A stretch of DNA of 64,000 nucleotides from contig NC_086373.1 in NCBI RefSeq assembly GCF_036588685.1, forward strand, positions 101,990,001 through 102,054,000, read 5' to 3'. This document shows, one piece after another, positions 10,761-25,900 of the stretch. Below the pieces are notes generated by a model, which was not told where the DNA came from, did no database searches, and was given only the letters and a program-made list of their open reading frames with translations. The first letter of the stretch is position 1. Each line of letters begins with the position of its first letter. The translations under genes were made by a program, and so were the position numbers. The stretch is from Mytilus trossulus. Taxonomy: Eukaryota.

Positions 10761-13122
10761 TTATTTGTGTTTGTCGTCAATTTTGGTCCATTTTTCCATA
10801 AATAATAACATGTTTTTGGCTAGTATATGACACCAGCTAGATCTATAACAGGTTTTTTTTAGATTTTTCTCATTGCTCTCCAACTTCTCATTTGATTTTT
10901 CGTTTTGCCTGTTTTATTGCGTTTTTCTCAGTGGTATCGGGGATTCTTTGGTAGCCAAACGTGCGTCTGAGAAACTATTTTTAGGCTTTTTTTTTATCAT
11001 TGATAACTTTTTTCTACTTCTGGTTAGCTTTTGAGACAAAGAGTAAGAAAACTGCAACACCGGTTTAATCAATGTACATGTTAAGCTTACACAAGTCTTG
11101 TAAAATAACTATGTACAGAAAACTTGATAATAGACAAAGATCGTCTCACTTTCTGGTTAAACTGGAAATGGTATCGATGTAGATTTCAGAACAGTTTTCA
11201 TTTTAATGAATTTTGGTCCTCAATTCTCTTCAACTTCGTACTTTATTTAGCTTTTTAAACTCTTTTTAGATTCGAGCGTCCCTGATGAGTCTTTTGAACA
11301 CGAAACGCGCGTCTGGCGTATATACAAAATGTATTCCTGGTATCTATGATGTCCCCTATGATAAGTTTATTTTCAGTGTAAGTCATGGAAAAAAATAATG
11401 CAGAAAATAGAATAAATGGGTCCCCAATTCGTGTAATATGTTTCATACAGTAAAGTTGTATATGATATTCCACTTGTATACCAACAACTGGTTAGATAAA
11501 ATAATCTCATAATGAGTAAATCAGTACATGCCGTGCATTAACAAGATTATAATTAAACTTATACAAACAAACTTATATTCAAGGGATTAACATGCTTAAG
11601 TACAATCACGGATTTGGTAAGAGTATATATGCAGAAACACTCGGTATATTGGTGGTTGTGGCCATGTATAAATGCATTATATAAAGCAACATGAAAATAT
11701 TCTACAGTCAGGTTTGCTTCATAGCTTGCCTATATATAAGTAAATGAATAATTTATCACTTGTATCTATTTCAATATGTGGCATTTTTTTGGCTTACATT
11801 ATTAAGGACAAGCACTAAGCCGTTTCATTTAATGCTATGGGTTTGGGATTGTTACATGAGTTTCTACGGATCTACATTATAATTTTTGCGGTACATGAAA
11901 ATTAAAGAAGATATTAGTTAATTGAAATAAATGTATATTTTTTATTTATTTTGATATAAGAAGAAGATTTCAAATATTTATAACAACGAATGTGCATTGT
12001 TTTATAATGCACAGAATACGTGACCTGTATTTCGGGATTTCCCAAACAAGGTTATTTTTAGAAAAGTAAACAAGGTACCATGTTCTAATACATAGTTACA
12101 GATGATAGTCCGTCGGAAGGGGACAATAAATGGCTCACCCGTGTTAAGAGAGAGAGACATTTCCTGCATACATGTAATAAAAGACACCTTTTAGATATTT
12201 CGAAAACAAGAAGACTAATTCAGTCCGCTACAAGGCAGCACTCGCACTTGCAAAGTGGAAAGGGATTAATATAAGTTGCAATAACTTGTTTCTCAATCTA
12301 CTAAAATTTTTGAGAGTGTAATAATGACTGCATGGAGTAATTATTTCTGGACAGCGGTTTCGATGTACACATATTTTAAAATCATCGTATTTTTGAAAGT
12401 GCTTGGATTATACGAGAAAATATTTTTATTGAATAAATAGAAAAAAGCATTTATTTTCAAAAAGGCCATAAAGTTCGACAGAAAAAAATAAAAAATACAT
12501 TGAAACGATTGTAACAAGTATTACCTGTTTTTTTTTAAATCTATAAATTTATCGTTTTGATTACAAGATATACGAAACTTACAACATGTGTTTTATTAAG
12601 TTTTTTTAAATGTTAACATGCAAAACTGTTGATGTAAAATGCTACTTAATACTTTTATTTAAGAGACAATAACTCGAATCACACGAAAATCTACATGTTT
12701 AAGATGACTTGTCTATTATGCATTTGACCATTGTTTATGATTTATTTTTAAATAAAACTAAACAGACAAATGATGAGAAAAGTAATTCCAGAAGTCATCA
12801 AACTGGTATTATTTCAGTATGCTGGTGTTCATATACAACAATAATCAAACCGTTCAAACCTATACCTCGAGATTTTTTTAACTGACTGGCAGATTAACTG
12901 TTCTAACTAAAGAGACTATGAAGAGTCTTTCAAGTCACAGGCACTCGTCTCGGAATTTTTCCCCCTATGTACCCTTATATAACACAAGGTACTTAACTCG
13001 CGATTCAAAAAAATGTTATAATCCTGGTACTTTTGATAACTATAATCATACGGTGACGAAATTCCATTAAAAAATTCGTGTCCCGTCTGTCAACCCCACT
13101 AAAACTTGTTATGACTTAATCT

Positions 13123-14895
13123 AAAAAGTAAAATCACAAAAATACTGAACTCAGAGGAAAATCAATACGGAAAATTCATAATCACATGGCAAAATCAAAT
13201 AACAAAACGCATCAAAAACAAATAGACATGAACTGTCATACATCTGACTTGGTACAGGCATTTTCAAATGTAGAAAATGGTGGATTAAACCTGGTTCTAT
13301 AGCGCTAACCCTCTCTCTTTAATAACAGTCTCAGCAAATTCCGTTATATTTACATGATGCGTTAAATAAACACAATAAATAAAATAGTCAAAATATGGGT
13401 ACATCAGTCATCATCGCATAACAATTGTAAAAGGGACAATTTAACAGAACACAAAAACATCTATCTACGAACACATGGATTGACTTGAGTGTCTGACGTC
13501 ATAATTTTTTTTTATACGTCACATAAATTTGTCGTTCAATGTGCATACAAACAGTTTTAAAATTTACATAGGCAATGTAAGCATACAGAGTTAAAAAAAT
13601 CCAAAGTATGTAAGAACAAATTACAGAAATAGACCGAGATTTAAACTAGTCCAAAAGTTATAGGTAGAATTTATGAGAATCCAAAAAATAGTTGATTCCA
13701 CTACGCGATTGAATGATTTGGACGTTTGTGGTTCAACGTATATAGTAATTCATAATAGAAATATATCATAATGACATATAATAGACCAAAATAATACTGA
13801 CGGGATCTTTTAAAGTACAGAGTAACATAATAAGAACAAAAGATTTACAAAGAGTCGCATATATAAAACAAACCACCAAAAAATGAGAGCCAATACACAC
13901 ACATTGACGAGATGTATAAGTACCGAGCCACGTCAAACGGATATCACATAAAACCATTCAACAGTAAAAGTAATATTAATAATAGAACAAAGACAAATGA
14001 AAGAACAGTAAAACGTGTTGTTAAGATGATAAACAACATCAGTACGCAGAATCTATACATCAAGACCATTGTGTATTATTTGAGAAGTTGATACGGAATA
14101 TTTATCAACAAGGTCTTGATACCTTCCGATGAACTTTTTTAGAAAAAGGACGAGACGTTCTTTGACATACCCCTGGTTCATCAACTTTCTACTCAGACAC
14201 TGATGACGTTTTACAAAGTCTGAGTAGGAGCTGCAAGCTCTTGAATATCGAATAAGTTGGGAAATATATATCCCATATGCAGGTGAAGTTGGTATGTTGC
14301 TACTAAGGTGGGGGAAATTTATAATTTCAAAATTAAAATCGTCTCATTTGTCATAGATTCTGGTACTGAGATGACTGTGTAAGTCAAATTCGAGATATAA
14401 GTCTAAAAATGAGGCGGAGGAAGCGGTGTCTGTTGTTTCTTTAATCTCTAGTTCTGGGGGATATATCAATGGAACCCAATCAGAAAAGTTCGGATTGTTT
14501 ATGGAAAGAACATCATCAATATATATGAAAGTGAAATTAAATAATCTGGCTTCTTTGATCCTCTTGTTTTTGACAAGTGTCTGGAGGAACTCCGATTCAT
14601 ATGAAAATAAGAATAGGTCGGCAAGAAGAAGCGCACAGTTTGTTCCCATAGGAATGCCGAAAGTTTGTTGGAAAAGTCTACCTCCAAACTCAACAAATAT
14701 GTTGTCGATAAGAACCTCCAGCATACTGACCACTTCTTCTTCTGTGTAGCATATTTTACCTTTTTGATTGTCACTATTAACGAAATATGCCTTATGAAAT
14801 CCCAAAGTAATAAATTTATAGCGTATGCTACCATTTTTATGTTGAAAGGCATTGTGGATAATTTCTTTTAGGCGATTTTTCAATTTTACATGAGG
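13123..14895 (-). mobile_element. 5'-truncated Penelope/Naiad-type element of a third family (RT C-half plus long 3' tail)
   Basis: ORF 14883-14344 has IDNIFVEFG...GIPMGTNCA.LLADLFL...YIDDVLSINN...FLDL and continues past one stop to DDFNFEIINFPHLSSNIPTSPAYGIYISQLIRY...* near 14053. Its 3' tail recurs at 59258-59560 and 63919-64000. Confidence 0.85.
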
Positions 14896-14914
14896 AATGG
14901 TGGTATACAGGGTT

Positions 14915-15215
14915 GAAAAATTTAATATTTATAAGGTCATGGAGGTATACTGGATTTTCATGATTGAGTGTTCTAAAGTCCTCTATTGCCATGGTTCTTA
15001 GGCGTCTTACTTTAAGTGATGGCATTTTTGATTTTAAAAGTAAGTCTTCATATGTGCCGTTGGGATCCTGGTAAATGAAGCGAAGTGCTCTTTCTTGTCC
15101 TTTTTCAATTTTTTTAGTTCAAAAAGGGTAGACTGGTATTCAGCTATGTAATCACCATGTTCTATTAAATATGTTATATGAACATTTTTCTAGACAGGAG
15201 AACCAGTCTACAATT
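14915..15215 (-). mobile_element. LINE (CR1/L2-group) 3' RT fragment
   Basis: QERALRFIYQDPNGTYEDLLLKSKMPSLKVRRLRTMAIE...PVYLHDLI, a typical post-RT segment. Confidence 0.6.
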
Positions 15216-17212
15216 GTCTTTTAAAGTACAAGACTTACTAGTAACAAACAAGCACACGGGTTTCAGATATAAAGGACCAGGTTATCAATTTTTCTCACAT
15301 AGGCTTCTGTATGGTTGCAATGTTACTGACTGATAATCTCCACAAGGAACAAATAAAAAACATAAAGATATCAGTCGGCCGACCAACATTCGAAAGATTT
15401 TGTTGCTTGATAATTGGATTGCGCTGTGAAAGTGATTTAGCAAAAACTGTAAAACAAAAGAACCATGCAAAGAAGCAAAATCAAGGGTTGAAATAGTATT
15501 TTGTTAAAAAACGTTCAAACATTTGTTTAAAGAAATGCATATAAATAATATCGGACATTTAAATGAATACATAGAATAAGAACCTTCAAGTAACAGAAAA
15601 GTTTGAACAGTGATTGATTAAATAAAACCCAAAAATATTCAATAAATAGCAAAAAATTACACTCTAGACTTCAGTACAAAAAAAAAAGTCATACTCACAA
15701 AGAAACATTATTTTATTGTTTATTTTATTGTAAAATTGAGAATGGACATGTGGAATATGTCAGAGTATATACCGGTAACTGGAACTATTGAGGATTGCTA
15801 TGAACAATAACAAATATTTTAGAGTTATTCCAATGGTTTATCTTAATTGATCACTCTCTTTCATATCGACGCTGGTGGATTATTTTTTCAATTACTACAT
15901 TTTAATGTTATTATGAATTTCGCAAATTAGATAAAGTGCATTAACAAACAGTAAAAATAGCAAAAATGGCACTATAACAAACCCAATACATCAACAAAAT
16001 AAATAATAAAAAATAATCTGTTCCAAAGGTTTCTCGTACAGGGGAAGCCAATCGAAGTATACTGTTTCTTTGTACGTTACGTTTCTATCCAGGAATTGAT
16101 TTGGCAAAACCTTTCGGAATTTTTGCTTGCCACTAGTGAGCCTTTTGAGGGAGGTATTTTTCATATACAGATGTCAAACTCTTATTAGTGCACTCAAAAG
16201 TTCATTTACTTTTTATGCAAAATTAGAAAATTAAAGACATTTTATTAACTTTAATACAGTCAATGAAAAGTCAATGTTTGATTTTAGTAAATACATAATG
16301 TTATAATATGCCACTCGTTTAACGACAATTTTTTTTTGAAACTTGTCGTATGTATAGTCAGCGTCGTATGTTTCTCATGAAGAATCTCTTGTATTTCACG
16401 ACGACTTTTACGAGACGGGATTATTGTAAGTAAAAGCAGAAAAATCTTGTGGTGTTGAATAATTCCCTGTTGTACTTGAGGGATTATTTACGGTTGGTTC
16501 ATTAGAAAAGTTCGTTGTCTGTTGCCCGGATGTTTGTGTTAGGTATGCTCCATTTGATGGCATATTGTTGTTTGCTGGTGCTGTAAAGATTACAAGTTTA
16601 AATTAGTAACAATAAAATGTGACTGATTCACGTTAGGAACTTCTTTTTTTTTCTGTCAGTATTTGTCAGATTTATAATAATTAAGGGTAAACTTAGTCCC
16701 CACGTTAATATACTTGGGAAGTGTCAATTTTTCGAAACTTCTGTCCTTAAATGATTTCTTTATTTCATTGTCTTTGGCCATGAGTTGATGTCTCGATGAC
16801 ACATAACAGGTAGTACTACTTTTATTCATTTTATATTTTATTACAAAAAATTATGACAATAAAATGCACCCATCATATGTATACAGAAAAATAATGTGAC
16901 TATATTTACTTTATAACAATAACCTCAAACAAGTTTAATGGAACCCAATCTAAAGAACAACATTATAAAGGGCCGTTAGCTTGAATACGATCTCAGTGAA
17001 TTGCTTCTTTAAAGGTAATTCAAGGTCACACATTTAATATGTAGAGTGGCATTTATATATTAAAAGGCGCCATCTGTCCTCAATCAATACTACAAGCAAA
17101 CGTAGTCGAAAATTAGATATGATCGATTGATTCTTGTTTATAAAACTTCCAGTGACAAATGTCGGATCCGTGTTCAGGACAAAACATATTAACAATCAAT
17201 TATATACAATTA

Positions 17213-17681
17213 ACAAGAATGTGTCCAAAGTACACGGATGTCCCACTGGCACTATCCTTTTCCATGTTCAATGGACCGTGAAATTGGGTCAAAAGTCGAA
17301 CTTTGCTTTAAAATTAGAAAGATCATATCATAAGCAGCAAGTGTACTAGGTTTCAAGTTGATTGGACTTCATCTTCATTAAAAACTACCTTGACCAAAAT
17401 CTTTAACCTAAAACTCCCATTTTCATTTTCTATGTTCAGTTGACCGTGAAATTAGGGTCAAAAGTCTAATTTGGCTTTAAAATTAGAAAGATCATATCAT
17501 AAGCAACAAGTGTACTAAGTTTCTAGTTGATTGGACTTCAGCTTCATCAAAACTACCTTGACCAAAAACGTTAACCTGCGGACGAACGAACGAACGAACG
17601 AGCGAACGGACGGACGAACGAACGAACGGAGCCACAGACCAGAAAACATAATGCCCCTCTACTATTGTAGGTGGGGCATAA
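17213..17681 (-). mobile_element. Helentron/DINE-like non-autonomous element with (CGAA)n/(CGGA)n
   Basis: Inverted relative of 9522-10138: two core repeats, a microsatellite at 17580-17628, and the short inverted repeat atgcccc...ggggcat at 17651-17679. Confidence 0.7.
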
Positions 17682-18524
17682 TTAATCGTTCAAAAAGGGA
17701 AACAGCGGTATGATTGGCGGCAAGAAAGTCCTCAGACAAGGAGTTGATGCAAGAAATTTAACTTACAAAGAGCGTGATCAACTATCTACAGGATGGTTCG
17801 TATTTAACCACCACATTGTAGCCTGATGCGAATATAAACATACTGCATAGCCAAACGACAACTTTGTTTTGGGTTTAATTAACTGACGATCGGAAAAGAC
17901 CAAAGGTTGAATCTATTTCAAAATCGTCATGCCAATCATTGAGATAATTGGTATGATTTCGAGAATCGATTAAATGGAGGGCTTCTTTCAAGAATAAATT
18001 TCACTTGAAATGCAATATATTTAACCTATGGTTTGTATTGTATACTACAACGGTCTCATAAAATTTAAAACAAATATAGTCTTTAAAAGAAATTATTTCT
18101 ACAGATTTTAGGTAAGTCAGCTTGATATTATGGAAGTTGGTTTGTGAGATAGGGAGGGGCCGGAGTACACATTTCTTTCAGATAAGATTTGTTACTCACT
18201 TAAACTATCTAGTTGAATTTCACAAAAAAAAACATTGAATTCTTGTACCTAGTATTTTTCTTTATATGCTATTTTTTCATTAAATATTACGGACTTATTC
18301 TTTGGGTTTTGTAGTCTCACGTATGGTGTGTAGGAGATTTCAAACCTTAACATAGTAGTGGTATGGCTATCATATGGTAAATGTCTAACTATTCTATGTC
18401 ACGTCTATTCTTTTATGGTTAAGTATCACAGTGTCTCAATTGCAATCATACATATATCAACATGTTGGTAAAGCTTTGAAATACATGTATGCTGTGTTAG
18501 TGGTGAAGTCTACTTTGTTATGCC

Positions 18525-18972
18525 ACCTACTGGATCTGTCTGAATACAGAGAGTGATCAAACGACCAAATATCGTACCTGTATGATCTATCGGTATAGAG
18601 AATACGATCAAACACCCAAATATCTTTATGTTCTATCGGATTATAGATAACGATCGTTTGGTCAAATACATTACCTATATGTTCTATCGGAATACAGAGT
18701 ACAATCAAACACCCAAATATCTTACCTGTATGTTCTATCTCAATACAGAGTACGATCGTATGGCCAAATATCTTACCTGTATGTTCTATCGGAATACAGA
18801 GTACGATCCAACACCTAAATACCTGTATGTTTTATCGGAATACAGAGTACGATCAGACGCCCAAATACCTTACCTGTATGTTCTTTCGGTATACAGAGTT
18901 CGATCAGACGCTCGAATATCTGACATGTGTGTTTCAACAGATTACAGAGTACCATCATAATCCCTTACCTGT
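18525..18972. repeat. 51-bp minisatellite (about 8-9 diverged units) adjoining the donor site of the TM exon
   Basis: Unit is approximately tcttacctgtatgttctatcggaatacagagtacgatc..acacccaaata; cttacctgt occurs at 18721 and 18772, 51 bp apart. Confidence 0.9.
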
Positions 18973-19917
18973 TCCTGCATTGTATTTTCGTCCATTTGAT
19001 CTTGATCTTCGAGTTAATCCGTAGATTGCAAGTTTACATAGCACAACGATGATGATCACTGCCAAGATGAACACAGAAGCCAATATGACGAATATGTACC
19101 ATTTAGTTTCTGCATGTATAAATGTAATTAAAATGAGTTAAAGTAAAGAAAAAAAGATAAGAATTTTTTTTTTAAACGATTAATAACTGTGAAAATCCAT
19201 GACCCCGAAACGTATTTTCTATCCATTTAAGGATAACATATGACAGAGCTTTTGTATCTTATAATAATTTTCTTTGTAAAATCTACTGAAGCAAGCTTTT
19301 CTAGTGGTAAACGTAGAAGTTGTTTGCACGTCAAACTGATTTAGATGTTTTATATGGAATATCGAATATGCACATTGTCTTATATAACCACAAGCTGGAC
19401 CCCTTTCCTTGTTGATGATAATACTGAATTCTACTTATCAATTAATCGAGTACTGCAATGGGTGCCACTAGTGGGTTATAATTGAAGCTGGTACTTCCAC
19501 TGGTAAGTTCGTGGTAATTCATTTCTATGTGTTTACTATATACAAATAAGGAGATGTGATATGATTGCGAAATTTTTATTTAAGTGTATGTTAGTAAGTT
19601 TTAGTATTTTGCGGACTGTTGTTGGTCTGTACGTCATTCTGGGTCTTTGATCGTGGTGTTGTCTATCCTTCTCCGACTTCTGCTTGTTTTTGTTTTTTTA
19701 ATATAGCTGTTAAAATCAATCGAGACTCTTTCCGAATTGAACGTTTCTATCCCATAGTTTACGCACACTGTTTAATTTTGTGAATGCCAAATATAATTGT
19801 TACCTTCAATCTCTATCAGTTTTATTCTTAGCTTGATAGTGACGTTCTGTCTATTGTAAGATAAAGATGTCTACTTCAAAAACATTGTTTCACTTTCTTT
19901 TACACAGTAGTCGTCTT

Positions 19918-22900
19918 CATCTGGACGATATGTACAGGTATATCTCTGTAAAACAAATGGATGAAATATAACATATCTGGACGATTTGTACAGGTATATC
20001 TCTGTAAAACAAATGGATGAAAAATAACATATCTGGACGATTTGTACAGGTAAATCTCTGTAAAACAAATGGATGAAAAATAACATATCTGGACGATTTG
20101 TACAGGTATATCTCTGTAAAACAGATGGATGAAATATAATATATCTGGACGATTTGTACAGGTATATCTCTGTAAAACAAATGAATGAAACATAACATAT
20201 CTGGACGATTTGTGCAGGAATATCTCTGTAAAACAGATGGATGAAATATAATAGATCTGGACGGTTTGTATAGGTATATCTCTGTAAAATAGATGGATGA
20301 AATATAATATATCTGGACGGTTTGTATAGATATGTCTCTGTAAAACAAATGGATGAAACATAATATATCTGGACGATTTGTACAGGTATATCTCTGTAAA
20401 ACAGATGAATGAAACATAATATATCTGGACGATTTGTACAGGTATATCTCTGTAAAACAGATGAATGAAACATAATATATCTGGACGGTTTGTATAGGTA
20501 TATCTCTGTAAACAAATGGATGAAATATAACATATCTGGACGATTTGTACAGGTATATCTCTGTAAAACAGATGGATGAAACATATCATATCTGGACGAT
20601 TTGTACAAGTATATCTCTGTAAAACAGATGGATGAAATATAATATATCTGGACGATTTGTACAGGTATATTTCTGTAAAACAAATGGATGAAATATAACA
20701 TATCTGGACGATTTGTACAGATATATCTGTATAACAAATGGAGGAAATATAACATATCTGGACGATTTGTACAGGTATATCTCTGTAAAACAGATGAATG
20801 AAAATAATATATCTGGACGGTTTGTATAGGTATATCTCTGTAAAACAAATGGATGAAATATAATATATCTGGACGGTTTGTATAGGTATATCTCTGTATA
20901 ACAAATGGATAAAATATAATATATCTGGACGATTTGTACAGGTATATCTCTGTAAAACAGATGGATGAAATATAATATATCTGGACGATTTGTACAGGTA
21001 TATCTCTGTATAACAAATGGATGAAATATAAAATATCTGGACGGTTTGTACAGGTATATCTCTGTAAAACAAATGGATGAAATATAACATATCTGGACGA
21101 TTTCTACAGGTATTTCTCTGTATAACACATGGAGGAAGTATAATATATCTGGACGGTTTGTACAGGTATATCTCTGTAAAACAGATGGATGAAACATATC
21201 ATATCTGGACGATTTGTACAGGTATATATCTGTATAAAAACAGATGGATGAAATATAACATATCTGGACGATTTGTACAGGTATATCTCTGTAAAACAAA
21301 TGGATGAAATATAACATATTTGGACGATTTGTACAGATATATCTCTGAATAACAAATGGAGGAAATATAATATATCTGGACGATTTGTACAGGTATATCT
21401 CTGTAAAACAGATGAATGAAAAATAATATATCTGGACGGTTTGTATAGGTATATCTCTGTAAAACAAATGGATGAAATATAATATATCTGGACGGTTTGT
21501 ATAGGTATATCTCTGTATAACAAATGGATAAAATATAATATATCTGGACGATTTGTACAGGTATATCTCTGTAAAACAGATGGATGAAATATAATATATC
21601 TGGACGATTTGTACAGGCTTTATCTCTGTATAACAAATGGATGAAATATTAAATATCTGGACGGTTTGTACAGGTATATCTCTGTAAAACAAATGGATGA
21701 AATATAACATATCTGGACGATTTGTACAGGTATATATCTGTAAAAAAACAGATGGATGAAATATAACATATCTGGACGATTTGTACAGGTATATCTCTGT
21801 AAAACAAATGGATGAAATATAACATATCTGGACGATTTGTACAGGTATATCTCTGTAAAACAAATGGATGAAACATAATATATCTGGACGGTTTGTACAG
21901 GTATATCTCTGTATAAAAAATGGAGGAAATATAATAGATCTGGACGGTTTGGATAGGTATATCTCTGTAAAACAGATGGATGAAATATAATATATCTGGA
22001 CGGTTTGTATAGATATGTCTCTGTAAAACAAATGGATGAAACATAATATATCTGGACGATTTGTACAGGTATATCTCTGTAAAACATATGAATGAAACAT
22101 AATATATCTGGACCATTTGTACAGGTATATCTCTGTAAAACAGATGAATGAAACATGATATATCTGGACGGTTTGTATAGGTATATCTCTGTAAACAAAT
22201 GGATGAAATATAACATATCTGGACGGTTTGTATAGGTATATCTCTGTAAAACAGATGGATGAAATATAATATATCTGGACGGTTTGTATAGATATGTCTC
22301 TGTAAAACAAATGAATGAAACATAACATGTCTGGACGATTTGTGCAGGTATATCTTTGTAAAACAGATGGATGAAATATAATAGATCTGTACGGTTTGTA
22401 TAGGTATATCTCTGTAAAACAGATGGATGAAATATAATATATCTGGACGGTTTGTATAGGTATATCTCTGTAAAACAGATGAATGAAAAATAATATATCT
22501 GGACGGTTTGTATAGGTATATCTCTGTAAAACAAATGAATGAAATATAATTTATCTGGACGATTTGTACAGGTATATCTCTGTATAACAAATGGAGGAAA
22601 TATAACATATCTGGACGATTTGTACAGGTATATCTCTGTAAAACAAATGGATAAAACATAATATATCTGGACGGTTTGTACAGGTATATCTCTGTATAAA
22701 AAATGGAGGAAATATAATATATCTGGACGGTTTGTATAGGTATATTTCTGTAAAACAGATGAATGAAACATAATTTATCTGGACGGTTTGTATAGGTATA
22801 TCTCTGTAAAACAAATGGATGAAATATAACATGTCTGGAAGGTTTGTACAGGTATATCTCTGTAAAACAGATGGATGAAATATAATAGATCTGGACGGTT

Positions 22901-25900
22901 TGTATAGGTATATATCTGTAAAACAGATGGATGAAATATAATATATCTGGACGGTTTGTATAGGTATATCTCTGAAAAGCAAATGGAGGAAATATAATAT
23001 ATCTGGACGATTTGTACAGGTATATCTCTGTAAAACAGATGGATGAAACATAATATATCTGGACCATTTGTACAGGTATATCTCTGTAAAACAGATGAAT
23101 GAAACATGATATATCTGGACGGTTTGTATAGGTATATCTCTGTAAACAAATGGATGAAATATAACATATCTGGACGGTTTGTATAGGTATATCTCTGTAA
23201 AACAGATGGATGAAATATAATATATCTGGACGGTTTGTATAGGTATATCTCTGTAAAACAAATGGAGGAAATATAACATGTCTGGACGGTTTGTATAGGT
23301 ATATCTCTGTAAAACAAATGGAGGAAATATAACATGTCTGGACGGTTTGTACAGGTATATCTCTGTAAAACAAATGGAGGAAATATAATAGATCTGGACG
23401 ATTTGCACAGGTATATCTCTGTAAAACAGATGGAGGAAATATAACATATCTGGACGGTTTGTACAAGTATATATCTGTAAAACAAATGGATGAAATATAA
23501 CATATCTGGACGGTTTGTATAGGTATATCTCTGAAAAACAAATGGAGGAAATATAATAGATCTGGACGATTTGTATAGGTATATCTCTGTAAAACAAATG
23601 GAGGAAATATAATAGATCTGGACGATTTGTACAGGTATATCTCTGTAAAACAAATGGAGGAAATATAATAGATCTGGACGATTTGTATAGGTATATATCT
23701 GTAAAACAAATGGATGAAATATAACATATCTGGACGGTTTGTATAGGTATATCTCTGAAAAACAAATGGAGGAAATATAATATATCTGGACGATTTGTAC
23801 AGGTATATCTCTGTAAAACAAATGGAGGAAATATAATAGATCTGGACGATTTGTACAGGTATATCTCTGTAAAACAAATGGAGGAAATATAATAGATCTG
23901 GACGATTTGTATAGGTATATATCTGTAAAACAAATGGATGAAATATAACATATCTGGACGGTTTGTATAGGTATATCTCTGAAAAACAAATGGAGGAAAT
24001 ATAATGTATCTGGACGATTTGTACAGGTATATCTCTGTAAAACAAATGGAGGAAATATAACATGTCTGGACGGTTTGTATAGGTATATCTCTGTAAAACA
24101 AATGGAGGAAATATAATAGATCTGGACGATTTGTATAGGTATATATCTGTAAAACAAATGGAGGAAATATAATAGATCTGGACGATTTGTATAGGTATAT
24201 ATCTGTAAAACAAATGGAGGAAATATAATATATCTGGACGATTTGTATAGGTATATCTCTGTAAAACAAATGGATGAAATATAACATATCTGGACGGTTT
24301 GTATAGGTATATCTCTGTAAAACAAATGGAGGAAATATAATAGATCTGGACGGTTTGTATAGGTATATCTCTGTAAAACAAATGGAGGAAATATAATAGA
24401 TCTGGACGATTTATATAGGTATATATCTGTAAAACAAATGGATGAAATATAACATATCTGGACGGTTTGTATAGGTATATCTCTGTAAAACAAATGGAGG
24501 AAATATAATAGATCTGGACGGTTTGTATAGGTATATATCTGTAAAACAAATGGAGGAAATATAATATATCTGGACGGTTTGTATAGGTATATCTCTGTAA
24601 AACAAATGGAGGAAATATAATATATCTGGACGGTTTGTATAGGTATATATCTGTAAAACAAATGGAGGAAATATAATAGATCTGGACGATTTGTATAGGT
24701 ATATCTCTGTAAAACAAATGGAGGAAATATAATATATCTGGACGGTTTGTATAGGTATATATCTGTAAAACAAATGGAGGAAATATAATAGATCTGGACG
24801 ATTTGTATAGGTATATCTCTGTAAAACAAATGGAGGAAATATAATAGATCTGGACGATTTGTACAGGTATATCTCTGTAAAACAGATGGATGAAATATAA
24901 TATATCTGGACGGTTTGTATAGGTATATATCTGTAAAACAGATGGATGAAATATAACATATCTGGACGATTTGTACAGGTATATATCTGTAAAACAAATG
25001 GAGGAAATATAATATATCTGGACGATTTGTACAGGTATATCTCTGTAAAACAAATGGAGGAAATATAATATATCTGGACGATTTGTACAGGTATATCTCT
25101 GTAAAACAGATGGATGAAATATAATATATCTGGACGGTTTGTATAGGTATATATCTGTAAAACAAATGGAGGAAATATAATATATCTGGACGATTTGTAC
25201 AGGTATATCTCTGTAAAACAAATGGATGAAATATAACATATCTGGACGGTTTGTATAGGTATATCTCTGTAAAACAGATGGATGAAATATAATATATCTG
25301 GACGGTTTGTATAGGTATATATCTGTAAAACAAATGGAGGAAATATAATATATCTGGACGATTTGTACAGGTATATCTCTGTATAACAAATGGAGGAAAT
25401 ATAATAGATCTGGACGATTTGTATAGGTATATCTCTGTAAAACAAATGGAGGAAATATAACATATCTGGACGATTTGTACAGGTATATCTCTGGATAACA
25501 AATGGATGAAATATAAAATATCTGGACGGTTTGTACAGGTATATCTCTGTAAAACAAATGGATGAAATATAACATATCTGGACGATTTGTACAGGTATTT
25601 CTCTGTATAACACATGGAGGAAGTATAATATATCTGGACGGTTTGTACAGGTATATCTCTGTAAAACAGATGGATGAAACATTTCATATCTGGACGATTT
25701 GTACAGGTATATATCTGTATAAAACCAGATGGATGAAATATAACATATCTGGACGATTTGTACAGGTATATCTCTGTAAAAAAAATGTATGAAATATAAC
25801 ATATCTGGACGATTTGTACAAGTATATCTCTGTATAAAAAATGGAGGAAATATAATATATCTGGACGGTTTGTATAGGTATATCTCTGTAAAACAGATGA

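Noticed and set aside
14344-14346. In-frame TGA in the second Penelope RT (IYDK*DDF) as another Sec codon
   Set aside because: The position is Arg in the homolog (YDKRDDF). CGA to TGA decay explains it, and I saw no SECIS after that ORF.
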